64,000 bases of DNA, from NCBI GenBank assembly GCA_049322955.1, contig JBMOPU010000033.1:64784-128783 (forward strand). Reading direction: 5' to 3'. Source of the stretch: Patescibacteria group bacterium. GTDB lineage: Bacteria > Patescibacteriota > Microgenomatia > UBA10105 > UBA927. Below the pieces are notes generated by a model, which saw nothing but the letters and a program-made list of their open reading frames with translations, had not been told where the DNA came from and did no database searches. Position numbers and translations under genes: made by a program. This document shows, in pieces, positions 45,900-54,834 of this stretch; the stretch's first letter is position 1, and each line of letters begins with the position of its first letter.

Positions 45900-46361
45900 A
45901 TGAAGCAAGCGCCAGCCTTTTCCCTTCCCGACCAGGATGGCGTGGTACGTTCCCTTGCTGACTTTGCCGGTTCCTGGTTAATCTTTTATTTTTATCCCAA
46001 AGACGATACCCCGGGGTGTACCAAAGAGGCGTGTAACTTTCGCGACAACACGATCGAATTTCAAAAACGGGGAGCGGTGATCGTCGGTGTATCAAAAGAC
46101 AGTGTGGCATCGCACAAAAAATTTGCGGAGAAGTATCGTCTATCGTTTCCGCTCCTCAGCGATGAAAAACTCGAGGTGATCAAGGCATATGACACCTGGG
46201 GAGAAAAAAAGTTTATGGGACGCACGTTTGCCGGCGTCCTCCGCAACACGTATCTTATTAATCGGAACGGTGAAATCGTTAAAATATACGAAAAGGTAAA
46301 TCCGCTCGTGCATGCCGATGAAATACTTCGTGATATCGATACGCTGAACGACTCGGCATGA
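45900..46361 (+). CDS. bcp: Thiol peroxidase Bcp (1-Cys/atypical 2-Cys peroxiredoxin)
   Basis: LIFYFYPKDDTPGCTKEACNFRD is the PxxxTxxC peroxiredoxin active site. Size is 153 aa. Confidence 0.85.
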   Translation: MKQAPAFSLPDQDGVVRSLADFAGSWLIFYFYPKDDTPGCTKEACNFRDNTIEFQKRGAVIVGVSKDSVASHKKFAEKYRLSFPLLSDEKLEVIKAYDTWGEKKFMGRTFAGVLRNTYLINRNGEIVKIYEKVNPLVHADEILRDIDTLNDSA

Positions 46362-46660
46362 AACAGAACGAATACCGCTTTACGACGAAACTGTGGGAAT
46401 ATGAAGGCGATAGCCCGTGGTTTTTTGCAACGCTCCCGAGAGATCAGGCGGCAGAAATCAAACACTTATTCGGTACCCCTTGGCGCGGATGGGGATCGGT
46501 AAAGGTGGAAGCAAGCATCGGAAAGACCGTATGGATGACTTCCATTTTCCCAGATAAGGAAAGTGCTTCGTATGTGCTTCCCGTCAAATCAACGGTACGG
46601 AAAGCAGAAGGCATAACCGCAGGGAGTAAAATAACCGTCATGCTCCGTATCCGCAGGTAG
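46358..46660 (+). CDS. DUF1905-family small protein
   Basis: FTTKLWEYEGDSPWFFATLPRD...GSVKVEASIGKTVWMTSIFPDKESASYVLPVKSTVRKAEGITAGSKITVML matches the DUF1905 consensus. Confidence 0.6.
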   Translation: MKQNEYRFTTKLWEYEGDSPWFFATLPRDQAAEIKHLFGTPWRGWGSVKVEASIGKTVWMTSIFPDKESASYVLPVKSTVRKAEGITAGSKITVMLRIRR

Positions 46661-46661
46661 A

Positions 46662-46877
46662 TTATTTTTTGATATCGATATATTCCTGAAGCTGGACGAT
46701 AAAGTCAGCAACCGCGGGGATAAATTCAAACGTGCTTAATGTTTTGACGACGATCGATAACACCATGGTGGCGCCGATGACTGAGCCCAACCCCCACATG
46801 AGCCCGCCGATAAAGTTTTTAGCAATGATGTTGCCCCACTTGGTTTTTTCGTTTGCCTCGTATCGTTCGCGCTTCAT
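46662..46877 (-). CDS. Small membrane protein (two TM segments)
   Basis: 71-aa ORF with hydrophobic segments (FIGGLMWGLGSVIGATMVLSIVV). Confidence 0.3.
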   Translation of the reverse strand: MKRERYEANEKTKWGNIIAKNFIGGLMWGLGSVIGATMVLSIVVKTLSTFEFIPAVADFIVQLQEYIDIKK

Positions 46878-46922
46878 ACACTAAGCATACGTTGTTTTGG
46901 GGCTATCTGCCAGAGGGATGTA

Positions 46923-47183
46923 TCAGACGGCCGTTGCGCGTCTTGCATATGTCTCTTCGGTGACGGTACGGCGCCATAATAAGCCTTTTCCGCGGAGCTC
47001 GACATTTACTTCGTTCTGATCCATCCATTGGCTTTTGGAAAAAGTTCCGAGTCGTTGCGGTCGTATGCCTTCTGCTTCAAACGTCACCGTTGCTCTCCCT
47101 TTGTTCATAGATATATGCACGATACCGATTCGTTCTTTTCCCTGAATACTCATTGCTCCCTGGTACTGTGTTGTCGTTGCCAT
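46923..47183 (-). CDS. Hypothetical small protein
   Basis: 86-aa ORF with no recognisable motif. Confidence 0.25.
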   Translation of the reverse strand: MATTTQYQGAMSIQGKERIGIVHISMNKGRATVTFEAEGIRPQRLGTFSKSQWMDQNEVNVELRGKGLLWRRTVTEETYARRATAV

Positions 47184-47251
47184 AGAGGGTATCCTTTCGG
47201 GCAGAAATTTTCCCTATAGTAGCACACTCCGATGTGTCGGCAAGTCCGCGG

Positions 47252-48091
47252 TTATGCATACAGCAATAGCATGCCGACCGTGGCGCAAAGCATACCGATA
47301 ATTTTTTGCACCAGCTTGTCCGTTTCTTTATAAAGCATAATGCCCAAAAGGACGGGAATGAAAAAGGAAATCGTTTTATAGACCGCCATGGTTTGAGAAA
47401 CCTGACTGGTCGAAAGCAGGACGGCAAGAATGGTAAAGCCCGATATACCTAAGGCCGATGAGGAAAGAATTTGTTTGGGATATTTTTTCAGAAACCGCAC
47501 GGATTCCGGAATCGTATCTTTTCGCCACAGGAATGCCGCGCCGACCAACAGATTATTCACAAACACATACGTGTAGGGGGAAAAGTCACGAAGCGCCACT
47601 TTATCCAATACCGCGGTGACGGCTCCCAGGAACGCCGAGATCAGCGAATACCATGCCCCGCGGGTGAACTGCAGTTTCTTCTTTTCATACAGCACGGATG
47701 CACTTCCCAAAAAAAGAAGCAATAAACCGACTAGTCCCACGGCACTCATTTTTTCGCGCAAAAAAACAACACCGATGACGGTGATGAATATGATACTCGT
47801 GCGGTGAATGATGGTAACAAGCGAAAGATCGGCATGCTGGTAGGATTTGAAAAAGAATGTGGCAGACAATGCAAAGAGTCCCGCGGAAAGGAAGGTAATC
47901 ATCCAGGTGACGGGTTCGGTGGGAAGCCGAAACTGATACAGCAGGAGCGGTGAACAGATGAGCGCATTGACGAGCATGGTCGTGGTGGCAATCGTGGTAG
48001 CCCGGTGTTCGGTTGTCGAGCTGTGCTTACGAATAACACTCGCTATTCCCTGCGCAATGCCGCCTAGAGTGATAAGGATAGTCGGAATCAT
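47252..48091 (-). CDS. EamA/DMT-family transporter
   Basis: 279 aa and 10 TM segments. Confidence 0.55.
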   Translation of the reverse strand: MIPTILITLGGIAQGIASVIRKHSSTTEHRATTIATTTMLVNALICSPLLLYQFRLPTEPVTWMITFLSAGLFALSATFFFKSYQHADLSLVTIIHRTSIIFITVIGVVFLREKMSAVGLVGLLLLFLGSASVLYEKKKLQFTRGAWYSLISAFLGAVTAVLDKVALRDFSPYTYVFVNNLLVGAAFLWRKDTIPESVRFLKKYPKQILSSSALGISGFTILAVLLSTSQVSQTMAVYKTISFFIPVLLGIMLYKETDKLVQKIIGMLCATVGMLLLYA

Positions 48092-48342
48092 GGTATGGAA
48101 ATATTGTACTGCACAACTTTCTAAAATTGTTGGAGTGCACTAAATTGCATGTATAAAGATACACATAAAAACATGAATCTTTTGAAGATATCATATGCAT
48201 AAGGAGGCAATTCAATGAGCATTGAACTTTTGGAATTAAGTAGATGCTTGTATAGACGAAGGTTAATCATAAAAGGTAATATATCAAGTGTAAATGAATA
48301 ACATATGACTATGTATCTGCCATTAACTAATTCGTATAACCT

Positions 48343-49461
48343 ATGAGATATGTCAACACCTTGTCAGTGAAAAAAAGTTTTTTGAGATATGGAGAATTAT
48401 TCTGTGGACCGGGCGGTTTATCCCTAGGTGCGAAACTATCATCTGTTGTCGATGTGAATAAAATTATGCATAAGTTTGTCCACGTCTGGGCAAATGACAA
48501 TGATAGAGACTCATGTGAAACTTATAAAAGAAATATCTTAAAGTATGAACCAAATTCTCATATGTACTTTGAAGATGTTCAATCTCTTAATATTGATCAA
48601 CTGCAAAAAATTGACGTTTTTGCATATGGTTTCCCCTGTAATGACTTTTCAGTCGTCGGTGAACGCAAGGGGGTTACTGGAAAGTATGGGCCGTTATATA
48701 CATATGGGTTAAAGGTATTAGATAAATTTAAACCAATTGCCTTTGTGGCCGAAAATGTAGGTGGATTGTCGTCTGCTAATGGAGGGCAAGCGTTTATTAA
48801 AATACTTGATGACTTATCAAAAGCTGGAGATGGATATGAAATAACTGCACATAAATACAAGGCGGAAGAGTACGGGGTACCGCAAACTCGACACAGAATT
48901 ATAATTGTAGGTCTTTCAAAGAAGACTAAGAAAAAATTTTTAGTACCCGAACCAACTCACAGGTCGAAGTATATTGCTGTTAAAAATGTTCTCACAAATA
49001 TTCCAGCTGATGCATATAACAATGAAATTCCTCATGCGTCATCCATAGTAATTGAGAGGCTTCAAAATATTAAGCCAGGTGAGAATGTATGGACGGCAGA
49101 TTTACCCAAACATCTAAAGTTAAATGTTAAGCAGACAAAATTATCTCAGATTTATAAAAGATTGCATCCAGATAAACCGTCATATACCATTACGGGTAGT
49201 GGGGGAGGCGGAACACATGGATATCATTATAAGTTCCCCCGACCATTAACTAATAGAGAACGTGCGAGAATTCAAACCTTCCCAGATGACTTTGAATTTA
49301 TAGGTAAATACGGTAGCGTTAGAAGACAAATTGGAATGGCGGTGCCCCCGATGCTTGCAAAAATAATATTTACATCTTTATTGAACACGCTATATGGAAT
49401 TCCCTATAGAAGTGTCGAACAGAATTTGGATTTAAGTAATTTAAAATCAATTATTGAATAA
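48343..49461 (+). CDS. DNA (cytosine-5)-methyltransferase of the Dcm family, Type II R-M modification subunit
   Basis: Motif I FCGPGGLSLGA, motif IV GFPCNDFS (PC catalytic Cys), motif VI FVAENVGGL, motif VIII QTRHRIIIVG, and motifs IX/X RPLTNRERARIQTFPDDFEF ... GMAVPPMLA. Confidence 0.9.
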   Translation: MRYVNTLSVKKSFLRYGELFCGPGGLSLGAKLSSVVDVNKIMHKFVHVWANDNDRDSCETYKRNILKYEPNSHMYFEDVQSLNIDQLQKIDVFAYGFPCNDFSVVGERKGVTGKYGPLYTYGLKVLDKFKPIAFVAENVGGLSSANGGQAFIKILDDLSKAGDGYEITAHKYKAEEYGVPQTRHRIIIVGLSKKTKKKFLVPEPTHRSKYIAVKNVLTNIPADAYNNEIPHASSIVIERLQNIKPGENVWTADLPKHLKLNVKQTKLSQIYKRLHPDKPSYTITGSGGGGTHGYHYKFPRPLTNRERARIQTFPDDFEFIGKYGSVRRQIGMAVPPMLAKIIFTSLLNTLYGIPYRSVEQNLDLSNLKSIIE

Positions 49462-49463
49462 AT

Positions 49464-50426
49464 ATGGACATAACAATGGCTCGCAATAAAATATCCGAGA
49501 TACTTGGAATTGATTTATCTGAAGCAGATATTATTGTGGCAAAGGCTATTGATGGAGGAGAAGTTATTGGTAATGACTTTTCCGATTGGCTAACTAACAG
49601 ATTTTTGCCAAACATAGTTTATATAGATGAGAGTGGGTATGCACGAATGTGCGTTGATGCTTTAAAAATTCTTCAAACAACTGCAGCAACTGATTATGGC
49701 AGTTCAAGACAGAGAGATTTAGGTCAACTATGGGGGGATATGACGCGCGGATATTTAGCTGAGTTTGCTTTCACACTATTCCTTAAAGAGAGGTGGAACA
49801 TAGATACTCGGCTAGGGCATGAGCAGGGTAGTTTAATCGATTACTTGCCGATGGATATACACAAAGTGAAAAAAGAATCTGACAAAGAATTTCGAGATCC
49901 TGCTATAAAAGTTAGTGTAAAAGGAACCAAATGGAATGGTATATGGTTTGATATTCCGAATCAGCAATTTTCTCATTCGGATGTTAATGTTTTAGTGAAG
50001 GTTGGAGTCACAAGAGATCATTTGTTTGCCTACTTTCGACATATATCAGTTTTTAAGGATAAGATCCTTAAAAAGGGTATGGAAATTGGTGCAATTTCTC
50101 AGACAGAAGCCGATTTTTTGTATGAAGCCCTCCCAAAGTTTAGGAGGATTCCCGCATATATAGCCGGGTTTGTAATAAGGGATTACGAATACGCACCTCT
50201 TAGTTATGGTGGTTCAAAAGGAAGAGTAAATTACACAATTTCTTCATGGAATGGGCCGATACAAGCAGGGGATCTTGATCAAATAAAAATAAACGAATCG
50301 ATAAAGGGATCGGTTAAGTTTAAGTCAATTGGATCATTTGCACATGATCGTGGCTATCTTTTTAATACCGGAAACTTAAGTTGGTCAACATCTGATTGGC
50401 AAAGGTTAGTCATCAATCGCTTATAA
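49464..50426 (+). CDS. Putative Type II restriction endonuclease (cognate of the adjacent C5-MTase)
   Basis: 320-aa ORF 2 nt downstream of the MTase, with the same low GC. There is no family-level match, which is usual for REases. A possible PD...(D/E)xK-like arrangement (WFDIP...SDVNVLVKVG) is tentative. Confidence 0.45.
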   Translation: MDITMARNKISEILGIDLSEADIIVAKAIDGGEVIGNDFSDWLTNRFLPNIVYIDESGYARMCVDALKILQTTAATDYGSSRQRDLGQLWGDMTRGYLAEFAFTLFLKERWNIDTRLGHEQGSLIDYLPMDIHKVKKESDKEFRDPAIKVSVKGTKWNGIWFDIPNQQFSHSDVNVLVKVGVTRDHLFAYFRHISVFKDKILKKGMEIGAISQTEADFLYEALPKFRRIPAYIAGFVIRDYEYAPLSYGGSKGRVNYTISSWNGPIQAGDLDQIKINESIKGSVKFKSIGSFAHDRGYLFNTGNLSWSTSDWQRLVINRL

Positions 50427-50465
50427 GCTTTAACCTTATCATTTCTTGATAGCTATAATACGGGT

Positions 50466-51308
50466 ATGAAGATCGATGTCGCCAAACAAAAGATATTGCT
50501 TCTTAACGATCAGGTGACCCGAGACGTTGCCGAAAAAAAGGCCTGGGAGAAAAAGACTAACGCCTTTGATGCGCTCAGTAAAGTTACGGGGTTTTTCTCC
50601 CGTCCCAAGGACGATGATTTCGAGTTAACTTACACTGAGCATCGGTATCAGCCGTTTTGGCATGTGGTAGCCAATGCCCGCTACGTCTATGACCGCAATA
50701 CCACCTATCAAATCAGCGTCGGGGGAAAAGAAGTGCGGTCGGTAACGCTCCTTGATGCCGATTATCAGGAAACAAACGGGCATATCCATGTCCCCGTAGT
50801 GGAACACTGCGTGCAGGAAGAACATGAGGAAGTCTATGTGGACGGCGTAAGCGGCAAACAGGAAGCGGACCTATCAGGATATATAAAAAAATCCTCGGAA
50901 GAAGTGAAAGGGAAGATCGAAAAACTGGTGGAGAACGATGCGATTGTCGTGCCGCCGCAGGCAAGGGTATCGGCGATCATGCGCGATGCGCTTTCAAAAA
51001 TGATCAAAGGGATTCAGGCGGATAAAATACTCGAGGAGCACGTGGAAGTGACGACGGTCAATCTCTATTACCGTCCTATCTATGCATTTCAGTATCACTG
51101 GAAAAGCAAAGGCAAAGACGGCATTGTGGAAATAGACGGTATTACGGGCAATGTGTCCTCGGGGAGCCGTATATTCCGTGAGTATCTCGGCAAAGTACTC
51201 GATACGGATTTTCTGTTTGATATCGGTGCCGATGCCGCGGGCATGTTTATTCCCGGCGGCAGTATTGCCGTCAAAGCCGCGCGAAAATATATTGCGACAA
51301 AGAAGTAA
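50466..51308 (+). CDS. Hypothetical protein, 280 aa, with host-like GC, immediately flanking the R-M island
   Basis: ORF only, with no recognisable motif. It is predicted to be soluble. Confidence 0.4.
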   Translation: MKIDVAKQKILLLNDQVTRDVAEKKAWEKKTNAFDALSKVTGFFSRPKDDDFELTYTEHRYQPFWHVVANARYVYDRNTTYQISVGGKEVRSVTLLDADYQETNGHIHVPVVEHCVQEEHEEVYVDGVSGKQEADLSGYIKKSSEEVKGKIEKLVENDAIVVPPQARVSAIMRDALSKMIKGIQADKILEEHVEVTTVNLYYRPIYAFQYHWKSKGKDGIVEIDGITGNVSSGSRIFREYLGKVLDTDFLFDIGADAAGMFIPGGSIAVKAARKYIATKK

Positions 51309-51316
51309 CTCTCCCG

Positions 51317-52570
51317 TCAGATGACGAATTTTCCGTCCCGATAAATCGGCTGTATCGTGCCGTCTGAAAGTTCCGCATCAATGTTTCTATCGGTTGTCAT
51401 GATGATGTCGGTATGCACCGAACAGTTCGGATCGTTAAACCCAAGCGCCTCCCATTGCTCGGGCGAAAGTGATGCGGGGTCGCCGTCATACGTATCTTTG
51501 TAGCTCATGCCGACCGCAAGATGTGAGTTGCCGAATTTGCCGCCCATGTTTTCGTCAAAGAGCGTATTACACATGGGTCGGGTGATGCGGGACAATCTGC
51601 TGTCGGTCATGGAAAATTCGCCGATATAGTCGGCATTGGGTTGGGCGAGCATCGTACGGAGGATGTGTTCGTTCGTGTCCGCGTTTGCCTCCGTCACTTT
51701 TCCGTTTTTGAACGTCAGACGGATATTTTCGATACGAACGCCGTTATAAAACAGCGGTTCGTTAAACGACACGTGTCCTTCGGTATAGCGTTTGTCGGGG
51801 GACACGAACATTTCGTAACTCGGGATATTTCTACCGCTTCCCGCCATCCATTTCCGTTTTTCTCCGAGGGTGATCCATAGGTCGGTGCCAACGGCTGTCA
51901 TGTGCAGGCGTTTGATCGGCATGCTCTGCAACATAGTGCGAACCCGTTCAAGTTCGACAAACGTTTTCTTCCAGCTTGCGATCGGGTCAGGGTCATTCAG
52001 GTAACAGGCGTTGATGATCTGTTCCCAGTATTCTTCAAGCGTCATGCCCGCTTCCTTGGCGTATTCTTCGGTTCCCCAAAAGGCGAGTGTCCAGGTGTAC
52101 TTGCCGTGGGCTTCCTTGTCATTTAACCATTCGCGCATAGGTTGGGCGGATTTGGCTCGGGCAAGAATTTTTGCGGGAGGTACTCCTTCCAATCCGTGCG
52201 GGGACTCGAGCGGCAGGATAACGATGCGGTGATCGATGGTATCGACGATCGCCTTATTCCACTCCTTCGGAAAAAACATAAGTTGCTGGTCATTTGCCGT
52301 CATGTAGAAATCCTTCTCATATCCCATGGGGATATATTTGAGCATCGGATGCGCACCCGCTTTAAGGATCGCCGTTTGGAGTGCCCCGTACATGGGTTTT
52401 GCCCAGTCGGGGACGATGCAATAGACTACTTGTCCCGGTTTCACCCCATCACCGTCATTGAGCGCGAAGTTTACCAACACATCAGCATAGTTACGGATAA
52501 TTTTTTCCGACGGCAGAAAGGGTGCGTGTTTAACGGATTGTTTAGTCATAATAACTTTATATTGTCGCAT
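51317..52570 (-). CDS. M29-family aminopeptidase (AmpS/aminopeptidase T-like)
   Basis: 417 aa. The N-terminal region YADVLVNFALNDGDGVKPGQVVYCIVPDWAKPMYGALQTAILKAGAHPML resembles the M29 consensus. Confidence 0.55.
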   Translation of the reverse strand: MRQYKVIMTKQSVKHAPFLPSEKIIRNYADVLVNFALNDGDGVKPGQVVYCIVPDWAKPMYGALQTAILKAGAHPMLKYIPMGYEKDFYMTANDQQLMFFPKEWNKAIVDTIDHRIVILPLESPHGLEGVPPAKILARAKSAQPMREWLNDKEAHGKYTWTLAFWGTEEYAKEAGMTLEEYWEQIINACYLNDPDPIASWKKTFVELERVRTMLQSMPIKRLHMTAVGTDLWITLGEKRKWMAGSGRNIPSYEMFVSPDKRYTEGHVSFNEPLFYNGVRIENIRLTFKNGKVTEANADTNEHILRTMLAQPNADYIGEFSMTDSRLSRITRPMCNTLFDENMGGKFGNSHLAVGMSYKDTYDGDPASLSPEQWEALGFNDPNCSVHTDIIMTTDRNIDAELSDGTIQPIYRDGKFVI

Positions 52571-52616
52571 ATATCTCTATAGTTTAGAATGCCTTTCTGC
52601 TATAGTATGCCTTGCC

Positions 52617-53795
52617 ATGATTTCCAATATCGTTAAATGCAAAAACTGCGGAGCCGACATTGAAATCACCGATGCGTTCGCGCACCAGGTCGAAGAGGAA
52701 CTCACCCGAAAGCTTGAGAGCAAGCACGCCCAAAGTCTTGCCGATGCCGTAAAACTTGCCGAACAAAAAGCTTCCGATAAAGCGGCAAAGGATTTCCAAC
52801 TCAAACTTGAATCGGCAACGGCGGATGCCCGTGAGGAAAAAGAACGCAACAAAAAACTCATGGACGACGTTTCAAAAATGACTGACGAACTGCGGGCACT
52901 GCGGCGCAGAGACGAAGAACGCGAACTCGAGATGAAAAAAACGCTCGCCGACAATGAGTCAAAAATCAGGGAAGAGGCACGTAAAAAAGCGCTTGAGGAG
53001 CATGAATTGAAGGATCTCGAAAACGAAAAGCAGAAAGCTGATCTCAAGAAAAAAATCGAGGAACTCAATACCAAGCTTCTCCAGGGTTCACAACAAACAC
53101 AGGGAGAAGTTATGGAACTGGAAATAGAAGAATTACTTCGCAAAGAATGTCCGCGAGATGTGATCGAAGAAGTCAAAAAAGGACAACGGGGGGCGGATAT
53201 CACCCAACACGTTATCGACAAGCGGGGAAACGAGTGCGGCATTATCTTATGGGAATCAAAAAATGCCCAATGGTCCGATACCTGGATAGCAAAACTTAAG
53301 GACGATCAGCGGGTGGCAAAGGCTGATTTGGCGGTATTGGTGGTGACCAACATGCCCAAAAAACAGGAAGGTTTTTTTTATGACAGCGAAAACCGTATCT
53401 GGATATGTCCCCGAAAACAGGTAGTGCCTCTTGCCCTTTCCCTAAGCTGGGGACTTATCGCCGTTCGCTTTGAACGCAATATCCAGGCGGGCAAAGATGA
53501 AAAAAAGGAAATACTGTATCAGTACATCACCAGCATGGAATTCCGTCAGCGGATGGAAGCGATCAAGGAATCATTTACCGGCATGCAGGAAGAGATCGAA
53601 AAAGAAAAACGCTGGTTTGCGCAAAAATGGTCGAGACAGGAAAAACAGCTCCGTAAAGTGATCGACAACACTCACGGGTTATACGGTGATTTGGAAGGAG
53701 TGGTAGGATCACTTCCCGAACTGAAAGAAACTCCCGCAACCCCGCTGACACAGGAGGCGGGCGTGCTCCCGCTTATCGAAGATAAGCCGTTTTAA
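52617..53795 (+). CDS. DUF2130-like protein with an N-terminal CxxC, a long E/K-rich coiled-coil of about 150 aa, and a C-terminal PD-(D/E)XK-like nuclease-fold domain
   Basis: N-terminus KCKNCGADIEIT. The charged heptad-like region is ...EEKERNKKLMDDVSKMTDELRALRRRDEERELEMKK.... The C-terminal domain RGADITQHVIDKRGNECGIILWESKNAQW has D and E-S-K residues spaced like a restriction-endonuclease-fold active site. Confidence 0.5.
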   Translation: MISNIVKCKNCGADIEITDAFAHQVEEELTRKLESKHAQSLADAVKLAEQKASDKAAKDFQLKLESATADAREEKERNKKLMDDVSKMTDELRALRRRDEERELEMKKTLADNESKIREEARKKALEEHELKDLENEKQKADLKKKIEELNTKLLQGSQQTQGEVMELEIEELLRKECPRDVIEEVKKGQRGADITQHVIDKRGNECGIILWESKNAQWSDTWIAKLKDDQRVAKADLAVLVVTNMPKKQEGFFYDSENRIWICPRKQVVPLALSLSWGLIAVRFERNIQAGKDEKKEILYQYITSMEFRQRMEAIKESFTGMQEEIEKEKRWFAQKWSRQEKQLRKVIDNTHGLYGDLEGVVGSLPELKETPATPLTQEAGVLPLIEDKPF

Positions 53796-54340
53796 GCATC
53801 TTCCGCATCGGGAGGTTCGGGTGGGAGAAATTCCTCACCGTTAGACCCCTGACTTACGGGGTATTCACCGGGTTTAAGCCACTGTACATACGTGCAACCC
53901 GTTGCGACTTTCTTTTCTCTGTCCCAACCCGAGGTTGAACATTTTTTCATTTTTTTGCCTGCCGCGGTCGTATAAAGGACAAGCGGCTTGCCGCACTCGG
54001 GACATGCTTCATCAAGTGCTTCCGTGGTGCCGTTAATCCATTCGACGTAATCGCATCCTTCCGCTTTCTTGGTTTCGCGATTCCAGGTGTTGGTTGAGCA
54101 CTTCTTCATCTTTTTACCGAAGCGGGTTACCACCATGACGAGCGGACTGCCGCATTTGGGGCACTTTTCATCGAGAGCTTTCGGTTCGGGAACGATCCAT
54201 TTGACGAAGTCACACCCTTCATTTTTCTTCGTTTCGGGATTCCATCTTCCCGCCGTACATCGTTGCATCTGTTTACCGGACTTTGTTTCAACCACCGGAC
54301 CCAAAGGACTTCCACATTTCGGACAATTTGTATCTGTCAT
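53792..54340 (-). CDS. Protein made of three tandem topoisomerase-type C4 zinc-ribbon repeats (zf-C4_Topoisom-like) plus a C-terminal acidic/Pro tail. Its stop overlaps the stop of the convergent DUF2130 gene by 4 nt.
   Basis: Repeats CPKCGSPLGPVVETKSGKQMQRCTAGRWNPETKKNEGCDFVKWI, CPKCGSPLVMVVTRFGKKMKKCSTNTWNRETKKAEGCDYVEWI and CPECGKPLVLYTTAAGKKMKKCSTSGWDREKKVATGCTYVQWL, each with four Cys. Confidence 0.6.
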   Translation of the reverse strand: MTDTNCPKCGSPLGPVVETKSGKQMQRCTAGRWNPETKKNEGCDFVKWIVPEPKALDEKCPKCGSPLVMVVTRFGKKMKKCSTNTWNRETKKAEGCDYVEWINGTTEALDEACPECGKPLVLYTTAAGKKMKKCSTSGWDREKKVATGCTYVQWLKPGEYPVSQGSNGEEFLPPEPPDAEDA

Positions 54341-54379
54341 ATGAAAAAACTATAGCGGGAGTTCGGTTGTGATGCAAGG

Positions 54380-54787
54380 GTGTTTTTTCATCGGGAACTA
54401 TGGTGCTATACTTTATCGGTGAACAATTCCGTCTCCCTTTCCTCACATCTGTTGTTTGCCAAGCGACTCACGCAAGTTATGGATCTCCGATACACCGTTT
54501 TCGGTATCCGATTCGGCATCGATCCGTTACTCAACGTTATTCCCGGGCTAGGCAATACCCTTGCCGCAATGACATCATTGTATCTGTTGTGGCTTGCAAC
54601 GAAACTTCATGTTCCCTCGTGGGTCTATGCCAGAATGCTTTGGAACATCAGTATTGATTACGTGGTCGGCGTTGTTCCCTATATCGGCATCGTGTTTGAT
54701 ATTTTTTATCGCGCCAACGCCAAAAATTTCGCATTACTCGAAAAATATTTCGATCCTTCCGTTATAGAAGGGGAAGTGGTTTCATAA
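54380..54787 (+). CDS. DUF4112-family small membrane protein (GTG start)
   Basis: FGIRFGIDPLLNVIPGLGNTLAAMTSLYLLWLA matches the DUF4112 core motif. Confidence 0.5.
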   Translation: MFFHRELWCYTLSVNNSVSLSSHLLFAKRLTQVMDLRYTVFGIRFGIDPLLNVIPGLGNTLAAMTSLYLLWLATKLHVPSWVYARMLWNISIDYVVGVVPYIGIVFDIFYRANAKNFALLEKYFDPSVIEGEVVS

Positions 54788-54834
54788 TTTCGCTGATTAC
54801 ATCACACCACTTTTGTGTATAATAGAAATCCGAT

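Larger units (their letters stand above)
48092..50460. mobile_element. AT-rich (about 37% GC, versus about 52% in flanking DNA) inserted island carrying a Type II restriction-modification system. No integrase and no obvious flanking direct repeats are visible.
   Basis: An abrupt composition shift begins immediately after the EamA gene and ends before the hypothetical gene at 50466. The codon usage of the two genes is A/T-rich at third positions. Confidence 0.5.

Noticed and set aside
52577-53242. 221-aa Ser/Phe-rich minus-strand ORF
   Set aside because: It is antisense to the E/K-rich coiled-coil region of the DUF2130 gene. GAA/AAG codons read backwards give TTC/CTT (Ser/Phe/Leu), so it is a low-complexity artefact.
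54341-54391. 10-bp inverted repeat ATGAAAAAAC...GTTTTTTCAT around the divergent starts of the zinc-ribbon gene and DUF4112
   Set aside because: It consists of A/T homopolymer runs next to start codons. The low-complexity pairing could be chance, and there is no supporting protein-binding logic.
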